DNA of 64,000 nt, from NCBI GenBank assembly GCA_037444905.1, contig JBBILN010000031.1, positions 1 through 64,000 of the forward strand. The letters are read 5' to 3'. The translations under genes and the position numbers were made by a program. The notes under the pieces were generated by a model. That model saw only the letters and a list, made by a program, of their open reading frames with translations, ran no database searches and was not told the DNA's origin. Source of the stretch: a bacterium (GTDB lineage: Bacteria > Zhuqueibacterota > Zhuqueibacteria > Zhuqueibacterales > Zhuqueibacteraceae). The first letter of the stretch is position 1; every line of letters starts with the position of its first letter. Shown here piece by piece: positions 9,147-19,700 of the stretch.

Positions 9147-9256
9147 TCGAGGTTTGATTGAATTCGGCTAAAAATAAGTCACGCCTACGGCGTTTCAAAA
9201 ATTGAAAGAACGACAGTTCTATAAGCATTTCACCCCTAACGGGGTTTGATGCTAGA

Positions 9257-10291
9257 TTAGAATTCAATGCCAAGCGAAAAGACGTGCACGGTTTCGAGAC
9301 GGCCGCGATCTTGATAGGCGTAGTCGATTTTTGCAGCAGCACGACTGAAGAGCATATTGGTTTTAAGGCCGGCGCCGAGTGAAAGGCCGCCCTCGGCTTC
9401 GTCTAAAAAGAGCGACTGATAGCCGCCGCGCAAAAAGAGGGTTTTGCGCACCGCCAGTTCAGAGCCAAGGTTGATGCTTTCATAGTTGTCGCTCGGATGC
9501 AGCGCGTCCACGGCAATGGTCCAGCGATAATTTTCACTGCGCAGCAGTTCGGTCGAAGCGCCGAATTGAAAATGCAACGGCAGTTGCCAGGAATCGAGAT
9601 CGATATTTTGCGGAATGCGTTCGTTCGAGCCGAGCTTGGTGTCGTCGATGCGATGGAATTGGCGCAGATCGCGGCCTTGCATGCGCATCTTGGTGCCAAA
9701 GTTGGTGATCACCGCGCCGATCGTCATGCCGCCGAAAAGATCGGTGCGAAAAGTCGTGCCGAAATCAATCGCGAACGCCGAGGCCGACTCGTGCCAGATT
9801 TGCTGCTGAATATACTTCGCCGTGAAACCGACGCCGAATCGGTCGATCAATTGCTTGCTGAATGAAAGGCCGATCGCGAGATCGCTCGCGTCAAAAAATT
9901 CGCCGGTGCCTTCGGGCTTTTCCACGGTGCGCACCTGCATTTCGTCCATGTTCAATGCGGTGAGACTCACGCCGAATTTGCCCAAATCATTCACGGGCAA
10001 AACCAGGCCGACGAAATCGAAGCTGGTGCCGGCCAGCCATTCGGTGTGCAGCGCCGCCACTTCATTGCGCTCGGCTTTGGCGACGCCAGCGACGTTCCAA
10101 TAGAGCGCGGTCGCGTCGTTGGCCAAGCTGACAAAAGCGCCGCCCATTGCGGCCGCGCGCGCGCCGACGCCAATCTCCAAAAATGTTGCTGCCGCAGTGC
10201 CGGATTTGGAAACGTTGCGGGATGTCTGTCCAAAGGCTTGGAGGGCGGCCATCATCACCAAAAGAAAAGAGCAGATTATTGTCTTCTTCAT
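9257..10291 (-). CDS. PorV/PorQ-family outer-membrane beta-barrel protein (T9SS-associated)
   Basis: Signal peptide, then the N-terminal signature 'GTAAATFLEIGVGARAAAMGGAFVSLANDATALYWNVAGVA' typical of the PorV/PorQ (FadL-like) family. The C-terminus ends in aromatic residues. It is flanked by T9SS cargo genes. Confidence 0.7.
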   Translation of the reverse strand: MKKTIICSFLLVMMAALQAFGQTSRNVSKSGTAAATFLEIGVGARAAAMGGAFVSLANDATALYWNVAGVAKAERNEVAALHTEWLAGTSFDFVGLVLPVNDLGKFGVSLTALNMDEMQVRTVEKPEGTGEFFDASDLAIGLSFSKQLIDRFGVGFTAKYIQQQIWHESASAFAIDFGTTFRTDLFGGMTIGAVITNFGTKMRMQGRDLRQFHRIDDTKLGSNERIPQNIDLDSWQLPLHFQFGASTELLRSENYRWTIAVDALHPSDNYESINLGSELAVRKTLFLRGGYQSLFLDEAEGGLSLGAGLKTNMLFSRAAAKIDYAYQDRGRLETVHVFSLGIEF

Positions 10292-10324
10292 AGTGCGTCG
10301 CCTTCATTTCGCTGATTGCGCTCT

Positions 10325-10365
10325 CATGCTGTCAGTGATCTGTGAACTGATCACGGGTTACTGAA
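10325..10365. promoter_or_regulatory. TGATCA-containing motif pair (CAGTGATC ... AACTGATCAC) upstream of the porV-like gene
   Basis: Read directly: ctgtcagtgatctgtgaactgatcacggg. The same AACTGATCA/CAGTGATCAG words recur at 16708-16772, upstream of the TonB-dependent receptor gene. Confidence 0.3.
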
Positions 10366-10373
10366 CACTGCAA

Positions 10374-13300
10374 CTATTTCAACACTGCGAAACGTCCGAT
10401 CTTCGTGCCGACGTGCGGCGCATCGACGTGAAAAATGTAAACGCCGTAGGCAATATCCATCCCATCGCGCGAGACGAGATTCCATGCTTCCTGGCCGTCA
10501 TCGATGCTGCTGCTGTGCTGCAGCGTTTGCACGAGATGGCCGCTGATGGTGTAGATGCGAATCGTGCACTCGCGCGGCAGATGGATGAATTGGATCCTGC
10601 GCTCGCCGCGACCGACATTGGTGCTGAACGGCTCCCATGAAGCCGCACCAACATATGGATTGGGCACTACGGCAATATCGTCCAAGTCGCTTTGCGCTTG
10701 GGTGAGATCCAACGACGGCGCATGAGTCACGAATTCAAAAAACTCGCCGCGACGGAAGGGCTTGGAAGTCACCAATCGAAAAACGTCGCCGGGCTGCGGC
10801 AGGCGCTGTTGACTCTCCGCAATGGTAGTGTCTTTAACCAGCGTGATGGACCAACTAAAACGCGCGTTGCGAAAAACGTCGGCGGCTTTTCCCGCGGAGT
10901 CACCGCTGACGAAGAAAATGGCGTCGCCGGCATTGAAGGTGGAATCGCTGTTGTTATCGCGGAAAACGAATTGAAAGTGATCAATGTTCTCGGTGACATT
11001 TTTGACGACAATGTTCGAAGCATTGCGTGGGCTGAAAGAAGTCGCTGGAAATCCCAAATCACCTTCGCCCTTTGCAGTGAAGGTGATTTCAAAATCTGCG
11101 GGGTAGAAAACACGGCGCGGCTCGTAAGCCGGCGCATAGCGCGAATCGAAGCCAAGTTGCACGAGGTAGTTGCTGTTGCCTTTGCTCCACTTGCTCTGCG
11201 CTTGAATAATGCGCACCGTGGAATCGTTCTTGATGTCCACCGCAAAGCCGTGCAACACCGGCGTTTGCTCTTCCTCCCCTTTGATGGCAGTGAACTCCAC
11301 CAACGTGTCGCGCGCGGTATAATCAACCAATTGATACTGCGGATGCGCGTCATTGTGAAATGCGGTGCGGTCATTGAACTCGAGGCGGTAAAGGTGATTT
11401 TCACGCAAGGAATCCGGATTGAGTATGCTGACCGTGACCGAGCCGGTGCCGGGACCAATGGGCGGCGTCATCTTCACTTGCGGCTTGATATATCCGGCCG
11501 CCGGCGCACGCGGCGTGACTTCCGCGGTGTTGATGTCAGCTTTCACGCGGCCATTGATATCGACTTTGAAAATGCTCGTGCATTCGGAAGGCGGAATGCC
11601 CTCGAATTCACCGGTGATGTCCGTGCGCGAAAAACCCTGATCGTAAGAAACCACCGCGTAGTAGTAGGTTTGGCCGTTTTGCACCGTGGTGTCAATAAAG
11701 GAGTGGCGCAATCCAGTGTCTGTGCCGAGATCGAAGCGTGCGCCGTTGACATCAATTGGATGCAAGCCTGTGACGCCATTGACGAGATCAAACTGCGCGA
11801 GGGACTTGCGAAAAGTGGCCTTGCCGAAAGCATCGGTGATGAGCTTGTTCTCGAGGAAATTCGGCTCGGTGCTGCGATAAACGCGATAGCCTTCGAAATT
11901 GAATTTTTGATAGAACGGGTCAAAGGTTTTCTCGGCGCGGCTATCCCAATACAACGTCACACGACGGTCGCCGGGCACGGCGGTGACGATGGGTTTGGCC
12001 GGCGGTTTGGCAAAACGATAGTTGGCGTTATAAATCTGTTGCACCGTGCGCTTGCGGCGGAAGAGATCGTTGGTATCAATGCCGAAAATGAGCGCCATGG
12101 AAAAGCGTTCGGTTTCGCCGGTTTCCTGCAATGCGCCGGTTTCGCGGCTATAGGTGTCGCGTCCACTCAAATGAAACAAATAGCAGGAAAAATAATTGGC
12201 GAGATTGACGCCGACCAATGATTGTCCGTGCGGCGCCGGCAACGCGGACAGCCCGCTCCAGTTCAGCTCATCGTTGTTGAGATCATACGGCGTGTGCACC
12301 GGAAAAATTTTGAAACCGGTGAGGCCAAGTTGATCGGATTCGTCTTTGTCGAGAATGCCGAAATTGGGCTCGCCTTGATCGGGCTGGCCATTGGCTTCGC
12401 TGTTGTCCGCATCGGGGCCGGTGTAGCCTTCATCAAATGGCCCGATGCCATCGGCGCCGACGTCATCGTTCAATGGCTCGCCTTCATCCCACTCACCGTT
12501 GTCATTGAAATCTCCGAAGCTTTGCCAATTGGCATTCTCGTCGGCGTCCCAATGCGGCCGCCAAGAATAGCCGTAGAATCGGCGAAAGGCCAGCGTGTCT
12601 TGCGCGAGGTCAACCAGCGCAGGATCTTGCGTCGCACTCTGAATAAAATTGAGCGCGGCGTTGTCGCGACGTTCGTCGGTCAAACCATCATCATCGTTGT
12701 CGCGGCGGTCATCCGAAATGCCGGGGCTTTCGAGAAAGGCGTAGCCGGAATATCCCACCGGACTCCAATTGCCGGGATTGCCATAAGGCACGGTTGACCA
12801 GGCGTAGGAAATATCCAGCTCTTCGTTGTAATCGCCGGCGTTGTTCGAGGAGTTGTCGTGGCCGCCGATACCCCAATCGATGTATTGCGCGAACAGCGTT
12901 TTTTCGTAATCGGTGGTGCTCATGTTGGTGATCTCGTAAAACCAAAAGATCACGTCTTCGGCGAGCACTTGCGACCATTGAAAGCCGCGCGCGCGCACTT
13001 GCATGCCCAAGCCGCCGCGCTCCGGGTCATCACGATCGGGGCGGAAATTGTGCTTCAAAATGTATTCGCGGTCTTCGTGGTCATCAAACACAAAATAGGT
13101 TTCAAGATCCGCGTTTTGCACGCCTTTGCCGAAGAAGCCGTTCCAGAAACCGTCCCAATCCGCCGGGCGATCCGGCCAATGCGTGGGCCAAGTTTGAGGA
13201 TTGCTGCTTTGCGCCGGGCTAGATTGAAACGGATTGAAATAGCCGGGCAAGGGCCACCAACCATACGTCACGCCGGTTGCCGGGTCATGGCGCGTGTATT

Positions 13301-13655
13301 CGTAGTAATTGGTTTCGAGTGGATGAATGAGCTGTCCCGCAGGCGATTTGGTTTCCGCTTGCACGATGATCGCAACGCCATCGACGTAAGTATGGCCGCT
13401 GCCTTTGGGCCACACGCCGCTGAGCGTCGGAACATTGAGCCAGTCCGCCACTTCGCCAAAGTTGTAATACACCGTCTGCACCAAGTTGCCGTCCATGATT
13501 CCCCGTTTGGTTTGAAAATGGTCGCCTTTGTTTTTATCAACTAGGCGCTGCGCAACGCTGGGCGCAGGGATCATCGCCAATAACAAGAAGAATGTCAGCG
13601 GCGACAACAGACGAAGGAGAAGTCGCAACACAACGAGCCTCCATGCTGTGTTCAT
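10374..13655 (-). CDS. Large secreted protein with Asp-rich calcium-binding-like repeats and a T9SS-like C-terminal domain
   Basis: Signal peptide MNTAWRLVVLRLLLRLLSPLTFFLLLAMIPAPSVAQ. Acidic repeats 'DDRRDNDDDGLTDERRDN' (thrombospondin type-3-like). C-terminus 'VVPNPYV...RIYTISGHLVQTL...GVYIFHV' resembles a T9SS/FlgD-Ig-like sorting domain. Function is unknown. Confidence 0.6.
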   Translation of the reverse strand: MNTAWRLVVLRLLLRLLSPLTFFLLLAMIPAPSVAQRLVDKNKGDHFQTKRGIMDGNLVQTVYYNFGEVADWLNVPTLSGVWPKGSGHTYVDGVAIIVQAETKSPAGQLIHPLETNYYEYTRHDPATGVTYGWWPLPGYFNPFQSSPAQSSNPQTWPTHWPDRPADWDGFWNGFFGKGVQNADLETYFVFDDHEDREYILKHNFRPDRDDPERGGLGMQVRARGFQWSQVLAEDVIFWFYEITNMSTTDYEKTLFAQYIDWGIGGHDNSSNNAGDYNEELDISYAWSTVPYGNPGNWSPVGYSGYAFLESPGISDDRRDNDDDGLTDERRDNAALNFIQSATQDPALVDLAQDTLAFRRFYGYSWRPHWDADENANWQSFGDFNDNGEWDEGEPLNDDVGADGIGPFDEGYTGPDADNSEANGQPDQGEPNFGILDKDESDQLGLTGFKIFPVHTPYDLNNDELNWSGLSALPAPHGQSLVGVNLANYFSCYLFHLSGRDTYSRETGALQETGETERFSMALIFGIDTNDLFRRKRTVQQIYNANYRFAKPPAKPIVTAVPGDRRVTLYWDSRAEKTFDPFYQKFNFEGYRVYRSTEPNFLENKLITDAFGKATFRKSLAQFDLVNGVTGLHPIDVNGARFDLGTDTGLRHSFIDTTVQNGQTYYYAVVSYDQGFSRTDITGEFEGIPPSECTSIFKVDINGRVKADINTAEVTPRAPAAGYIKPQVKMTPPIGPGTGSVTVSILNPDSLRENHLYRLEFNDRTAFHNDAHPQYQLVDYTARDTLVEFTAIKGEEEQTPVLHGFAVDIKNDSTVRIIQAQSKWSKGNSNYLVQLGFDSRYAPAYEPRRVFYPADFEITFTAKGEGDLGFPATSFSPRNASNIVVKNVTENIDHFQFVFRDNNSDSTFNAGDAIFFVSGDSAGKAADVFRNARFSWSITLVKDTTIAESQQRLPQPGDVFRLVTSKPFRRGEFFEFVTHAPSLDLTQAQSDLDDIAVVPNPYVGAASWEPFSTNVGRGERRIQFIHLPRECTIRIYTISGHLVQTLQHSSSIDDGQEAWNLVSRDGMDIAYGVYIFHVDAPHVGTKIGRFAVLK

Positions 13656-13960
13656 AAGCTTGCAACGAAAAGAGCAAAGAGTTCAATTTGAAGGCATCAC
13701 ATCAAAACAGAATTCCTTTTGTTGCGGGTGATCTTTGAACTCATCCCCTAAGTCCCCTTCTCTTAAAAAGAGAAGGGGAGAAAAGCGTTTGCAAACACGT
13801 GAGCACTACTCTTTATCGCATCAAAGGCGCTTTTCTTCACCTCGAACCGGCCGCCCCCTTCTCTTCCCAAGAGAAGAGGGCTAGGGGGATGAGTTCCGAG
13901 GGTGCGAAGAGCCTTATCTTGACTCGTATGGGGCCGCGGGGATGAGTTCAAGAGCCTAAT

Positions 13961-16648
13961 TCAAAATCCAAACGACGCGCCCACCACCACCTGCCGTGGC
14001 GGGCTATAGAAATCGGGCCGGGTGAAGTATTCATCAATTGTATTCACGCCGCGCACGACCGGAGCAAGCGCCGATTCCAACGTGTAGCCGGCTCTGCCGG
14101 TGTCGCCAAAGACTTGCTGCTCGTTGGCGGTGTCGAAAAGATTGAACGCCTTTAGAAAAACTGAAACCTCGTGTCCGGCCAGCGACACATATTTGGTGGC
14201 GTAAAAATCGACGTTGAAGAATGCCGGGCGATTGTCGCTGTTTTCCAAACCAGTGCGTTGATTCAACAACGAGGGCGTGTACGGCAGACCCGAACCGATT
14301 TGGCCGATGAAGCTGGCAATGAGATTCTTCGGCGTGCCGAGCGTGACCGTGAAGTTGAGCGAATGGCGGCGATCCCAATCCAGCGCCACGAGCTGCTTAT
14401 TTGCCTCGATTGGCGGCGTTGCTTGCGACTTGTTGTAATCGTCATTGGGATCAGAAGCATTGCCTTGCGCGATTTGATACGTGTAATCCACCGTCACGCC
14501 AAGGCCGTTGCGCAGTCGTTTTTCCAAAGCCAGCGTGAGGCCGCGCACGTCGCCGTAATCGCGATTGATGTACTTGCCAAATTTCCGAAACTCGTTTTTC
14601 ACGTGCACTTCGTTGCCGAGCAGATTGCGAATGTCCTTGTAATAGCCCGTCAACGTCAAGCCGAGGTCTTCGGCGAGTTGTTGCTGCAGGCCGACTTCGT
14701 AGATGGTGGTGCGCTGCGGCTCGAGATCGGCGTTGCCAATGGTTGAGCCGACAAATGCCGGAAAATCACCGGTGAGGGGAATGCGATAATTCGGATTGCG
14801 ATACAAATATTCAAACGGCGGAATTTGGAAAAAATGGCCGTAGGAGATGTGCACCACGCCGCGATCGGTAATCGGATACGCAACGCCAATGCGCGGACTC
14901 CATTGATATTTCGCCGAAGCTTTGCCAAACAGATTTTGTGGAAAAGGCGGCTGCAGCGTGTCCAAGCCGGCGATTTGATCGGGATTGAGCAGGTACTCGC
15001 CGTCGGGCTGAAAATAATCGAAGCGCGCGCCGATATTGACCACGAGATAATCCAATTCGATTTTGTCCTGCACGTAGGCCGCCAGTTGATACGGATGCCG
15101 CGTGTAGAGATTATTGTCAAACGAACCGGGCGCTGACAGCGCCGGTTTGTAGCCCGTGGTGGCATCGACGTGCACTTGGAAATCATGATAGTCCAGCGTA
15201 TGCTGCTGCACTTCCACGCCTGTTTTGAGCAAGTGCGCGTGCGTGACTTGGCTGGTGAAATCAATTTTTCCCGTGTAGGTTTGCGCCTTGTGCGTGAAGT
15301 GCCACATTTGCGTGCCGCCGGTCAAAAAAGCATTGCCGCTCACGTCGCGCATGCGTTCGAGCTTCACGTAACGCGGGTCAAGCGGATCTTCAAAAACAAA
15401 TTGCTTGTACTCCGTGATAAAAGCCGAAGCTTGAAAATCGGCGAATGTCGAGGGGCTGAAGAGGTGCGTGTACGCGAGGCTGGCGAGTTTTCCTTCTTGC
15501 GAGCGTTGATAGTCGCCCTCGGGATTGAGTTTGAAGCGATGATCGTATTCGCGGAAATTCTGTTTCTGATAAAAAGTGTTCAGCCGAATGCCTTGCGCGG
15601 GTCCAACTTTGAACGTCAATTTGCCTTGCAATGAAACGCGCTCGTCCGGATTCATCGGCACGTACTCATTGTCGCCCGTTGCGCCCACGTACCAGTCCTC
15701 GGAATTATCCGCGGCGAAATTCGAGGAGTCGGAGGGATTGAATTGCCGCCGGCCATAAATATAACCCTGGCTGTCAATTCTTCTGCCCGACAAAAAGAAG
15801 TTGAGCAACTTGCCCAACCCCGGAAACGGTCCACTCAATGTGCCCTGCAGGTTGTAGAGGTCCGTGGGCGAAATATGATCGATATTATTGAACAGTTCGG
15901 TGCGGCTGCTGACATAATCGCCCACATAACCCGATAGCTCGCCGGAATAATGCTCGCCGCCGTCTTTGGTGACTTGATTGACCACGCCCGAGAGCGCTTC
16001 GCCATACTCGGCGTTGAATGTGCCGCTCAACACTTGCAGCTCTTGAATGGCATTGACCTCGGCTTCCACCGCGGAGTTGCCGGTAAAGACATCATTCACC
16101 GCCACACCATCAATGAGATACTTGACCTCCGCGCTGCGGCCGCCGCGGAAATGGCCTTCCACCACGCCGGCTTGCAAGCTCACGGCGCGGTTCACGTCCT
16201 CGATGGGGAGCATCGCAATCTCTTCGCCGCCGATTTTGGCGGTGGTCGAGGTGAGATCTTTCTGAATGATCGGCTTCTCAGCCACAACCACGACTTCGCC
16301 CATGGTGAGCACTTCTTCCGATAACTCGAAATCGAGTTTGGTGGTCAAGTCAATCGAAACTTTAACATTGTTCATAGCCACCATGGCATATCCGATCATG
16401 CTGGCTTTCACTTGATAGACGCCAGGCGGGACGTTTAGAATGAAATAGGTTCCATCCAATCCGCTGGCCGCGCCCAACGCCGTTCCGGTAACCAAAACGT
16501 TCACGCCGATGAGCGGCTCTTTGGTTTGAGCATCGATGATCTTGCCGGCAATTTTTCCGGTGGTTCCGGCAAGCACCGGCAACGCCACTGCCAAGCCTCC
16601 CAAGGCAAGTCGAATGAGCCAGCGGTAACGTTTTTTTTGATACCGCAT
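13961..16648 (-). CDS. TonB-dependent receptor (N-terminal carboxypeptidase-regulatory-like domain plus plug plus 22-strand barrel)
   Basis: I place the start at the ATG at 16648 (MRYQKKRYRWLIRLALGGLAVALPVLA signal) rather than at the ORF-track start 16702. 'GKIIDAQTKEPLIGVNVLV' matches a CarbopepD_reg domain. Plug motifs 'DLTSTTAKIGGEEIAMLP...LQAGVV' are present. The terminal 'VGASFGF' is an aromatic beta-barrel terminus. Confidence 0.85.
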   Translation of the reverse strand: MRYQKKRYRWLIRLALGGLAVALPVLAGTTGKIAGKIIDAQTKEPLIGVNVLVTGTALGAASGLDGTYFILNVPPGVYQVKASMIGYAMVAMNNVKVSIDLTTKLDFELSEEVLTMGEVVVVAEKPIIQKDLTSTTAKIGGEEIAMLPIEDVNRAVSLQAGVVEGHFRGGRSAEVKYLIDGVAVNDVFTGNSAVEAEVNAIQELQVLSGTFNAEYGEALSGVVNQVTKDGGEHYSGELSGYVGDYVSSRTELFNNIDHISPTDLYNLQGTLSGPFPGLGKLLNFFLSGRRIDSQGYIYGRRQFNPSDSSNFAADNSEDWYVGATGDNEYVPMNPDERVSLQGKLTFKVGPAQGIRLNTFYQKQNFREYDHRFKLNPEGDYQRSQEGKLASLAYTHLFSPSTFADFQASAFITEYKQFVFEDPLDPRYVKLERMRDVSGNAFLTGGTQMWHFTHKAQTYTGKIDFTSQVTHAHLLKTGVEVQQHTLDYHDFQVHVDATTGYKPALSAPGSFDNNLYTRHPYQLAAYVQDKIELDYLVVNIGARFDYFQPDGEYLLNPDQIAGLDTLQPPFPQNLFGKASAKYQWSPRIGVAYPITDRGVVHISYGHFFQIPPFEYLYRNPNYRIPLTGDFPAFVGSTIGNADLEPQRTTIYEVGLQQQLAEDLGLTLTGYYKDIRNLLGNEVHVKNEFRKFGKYINRDYGDVRGLTLALEKRLRNGLGVTVDYTYQIAQGNASDPNDDYNKSQATPPIEANKQLVALDWDRRHSLNFTVTLGTPKNLIASFIGQIGSGLPYTPSLLNQRTGLENSDNRPAFFNVDFYATKYVSLAGHEVSVFLKAFNLFDTANEQQVFGDTGRAGYTLESALAPVVRGVNTIDEYFTRPDFYSPPRQVVVGASFGF

Positions 16649-16707
16649 CGCACGCACCTTTAATGTGAGGTTATGAAACTTGCAACGAAATGGGAACCGC
16701 AACGCAA

Positions 16708-16772
16708 CAGTGATCAGTGATCAGTAATCAGTTGTTACCTAAAACTGATCATTGAAAACTGATCACTGTTTA
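16708..16772. promoter_or_regulatory. Direct and inverted repeats of CAGTGATCAG and AAAACTGATCA in the 5' region of the TonB-dependent receptor gene
   Basis: Read directly: cagtgatcagtgatcagtaatcag...aaaactgatcattgaaaactgatcactg. It shares motifs with 10325-10365. Confidence 0.3.
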
Positions 16773-16782
16773 CTGACTCCCG

Positions 16783-19700
16783 TCACTTCACAAACAACAT
16801 CCGCTTGGTGAGACTCATCTCGCCCGTGTGCAACCGGTAGAAATAAATACCGGAGCCGACCGCCTTGCCGTGAGTGTCCTTGCCATCCCACCTCACCTCA
16901 AAACGTCCGGCCGGGCGGTAACCTTCCACCAACGTGGCGACTTTCTGTCCCGCCACGTTGAAAATGTCCACCGTCACGTTCGCCGCATGCGGCAACGCAA
17001 AGGCAATGTTGGTTGAAGGATTAAACGGGTTCGGATAATTCTGCGCCAGCTCGAAAGTCGCCGGAAGCCCGTTGGCATCGCCGCGCTCGGCAACACCGGT
17101 GCTCGTGCCAACGACTTTCACGTTGAGATCGTCAAAATACACGGTGCCCGTGAAACGCGCGTAGGGATGCAAACGCACTTCGAGCGCTCTGGCTTCCGGA
17201 TCATCCGGCACAACGATATCAAGCGTGTATTCGGTCCAATCAAATTGCGTGACGTGCGGAAAAGTGAATTGCGTGTCAATGGGATAACCCGTCACGTTGT
17301 TGAAGCCGTCGTTGTTGCCATTGCCTTTGAAGAAACCGTAGGTGAAGCCGCAAGACCACGTCACTGGATACGCGGCCGCGGAATCCGGCACGAGATTATT
17401 CGCCTTCACCCACACACTGATGCGCAACACATCGCCGGCTTTGACTTCCTTTAGTGAAGTGATGTCATACGGCACACCCTCCGCCGCACTCGTCGCAGCA
17501 CCACTGCCTGAGAGCAAATACCGCTTCGTTCCGACAAACCCATCGTGTGGTTGACGATTGAACGGCAAATCAAATTTCAGCGAGTACAAACCCGAATGCG
17601 CCGCTTCGTTCGTGAGTCGCGTGTTCTCAAAACCATTGGCGAGCACGCCATCGTTGCCGCCGATTGGCGGAAGCCAATACAGCCAGCCCGTGGGCATATC
17701 CACCGATTGATTCCAATTCTGCCCAGCCCACGCGCCTTGCCGGCCAACGTGGATGAAATCATCCGCCCATACTGTGCCCGTCGCATCTTTCCCGCCCACA
17801 AAACTGATCACGGTCTTCCACGCATCGCGCGGCAAAACGGTTTCGCCCACGGCATTCGTATCAGCAACCCAGCCATTGCTGCTCGCGACACTTTGATTGA
17901 TCGGCAGCTTGGTCTCGCCAATGAGTTGTCCGGCTTGATCCCAGAACGTGTAGGCAATCCACCAACGTTGGTCGTCGTTGGCCGGGTTCGTATTGACGTT
18001 CTGTGTTCGCACCCATGCGCCAATCTTGATGTCAACATTCGCGAGATGCTGCGGCGACCAGTAATCCACCATGTTCTCTGAAACCCATGCCGCGGCTTCG
18101 CTGGTGGTGGTCTTGGTAATCTTCAACGAGCGCGCCAAGCTATGCGCTTGATCTGTTGCCCAACTTAATGTCGAACCCGCCGGCTCCGCGCCTTTCGTCC
18201 AATACGAGGGCAAACTGCTTTCGAAACCACCGATGGCAGCCAGCGGCGGAATGTCCAACTTCTCCACGGTCAAGTCATCGAAATAAACCGTGCCCGTGAA
18301 GCGCGCGTACGGATGCAAACGCACTTCGAGCGCTTTCGCCTCGGGATCATTCGGCACCGTCACGTCCAAAGAATACTTCGTCCAATCAAATTGCGTGACG
18401 TGCGGAAAAGTGAATTGCGTGTCAATGGGATAACCCGTCACGTTGTTGAAGCCGTCGTTGTTGCCATTGCCTTTGAAGAAACCGTAGGTGAAGCCGCAAG
18501 ACCACGTCACTGGATACGCGGCCGCGGAATCCGGCACGAGATTATTCGCCTTCACCCACACACTGATGCGCAACACATCGCCGGCTTTGACTTCCTTTAG
18601 TGAAGTGATGTCATACGGCACACCCTCCGCCGCACTCGTCGCAGCACCACTGCCTGAGAGCAAATACCGCTTCGTTCCGACAAACCCATCGTGTGGTTGA
18701 CGATTGAACGGCAAATCAAATTTCAGCGAGTACAAACCCGAATGCGCCGCTTCGTTCGTGAGTCGCGTGTTCTCAAAACCATTGGCGAGCACGCCATCGT
18801 TGCCGCCGATTGGCGGAAGCCAATACAGCCAGCCCGTGGGCATATCCACCGATTGATTCCAATTCTGCCCAGCCCACGCGCCTTGCCGGCCAACGTGGAT
18901 GAAATCATCCGCCCATACTGTGCCCGTCGCATCTTTCCCGCCCACAAAACTGATCACGGTCTTCCACGCATCGCGCGGCAAAACGGTTTCGCCCACGGCA
19001 TTCGTATCAGCAACCCAGCCATTGCTGCTCGCGACACTTTGATTGATCGGCAGCTTGGTCTCGCCAATGAGTTGTCCGGCTTGATCCCAGAACGTGTAGG
19101 CAATCCACCAACGTTGGTCGTCGTTGGCCGGGTTCGTATTGACGTTCTGTGTTCGCACCCATGCGCCAATCTTGATGTCAACATTCGCGAGATGCTGCGG
19201 CGACCAGTAATCCACCATGTTCTCTGAAACCCATGCCGCGGCTTCGCTGGTGGTGGTCTTGGTAATCTTCAACGAGCGCGCCAAGCTATGCGCTTGATCT
19301 GTTGCCCAACTTAATGTCGAACCCGCCGGCTCCGCGCCTTTCGTCCAATACGAGGGCAAACTGCTTTCGAAACCACCGATGGCAGCCAGCGGCGGAATGT
19401 CCAACTTCTCCACGGTCAAGTCATCGAAATAAACCGTGCCCGTGAAGCGCGCGTACGGATGCAAACGCACCTCGAGCGCTTTCGCCTCGGGATCATTCGG
19501 AACCGTCACGTCCAAAGAGTACTTCGTCCAATCAAATTGGGTGACGTGCGGGAAAGTGAATTGCATGTCAATGGGATAGCCCGTCACGTTGTTGAAGCCG
19601 TCGTTGTTGCCGTTGCCTTTGAAGAAACCGTAGGTGAAGCCGCAAGACCACGTCACTGGATACGCGGCCGCGGAATCCGGCACGAGATTATTCGCCTTCA

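Noticed and set aside
10692-12221. Long antisense ORFs inside large genes, for example 10692-12221 (509 aa), 8079-9023, 5131-5664, 20817-21869 (350 aa), 21893-22978, 43243-44151, 54028-55338
   Set aside because: They lie fully within, and opposite to, ORFs with strong family-level similarity, have Arg/His-rich GC-frame composition, and show no domain signatures. These are typical spurious antisense frames in high-GC DNA.
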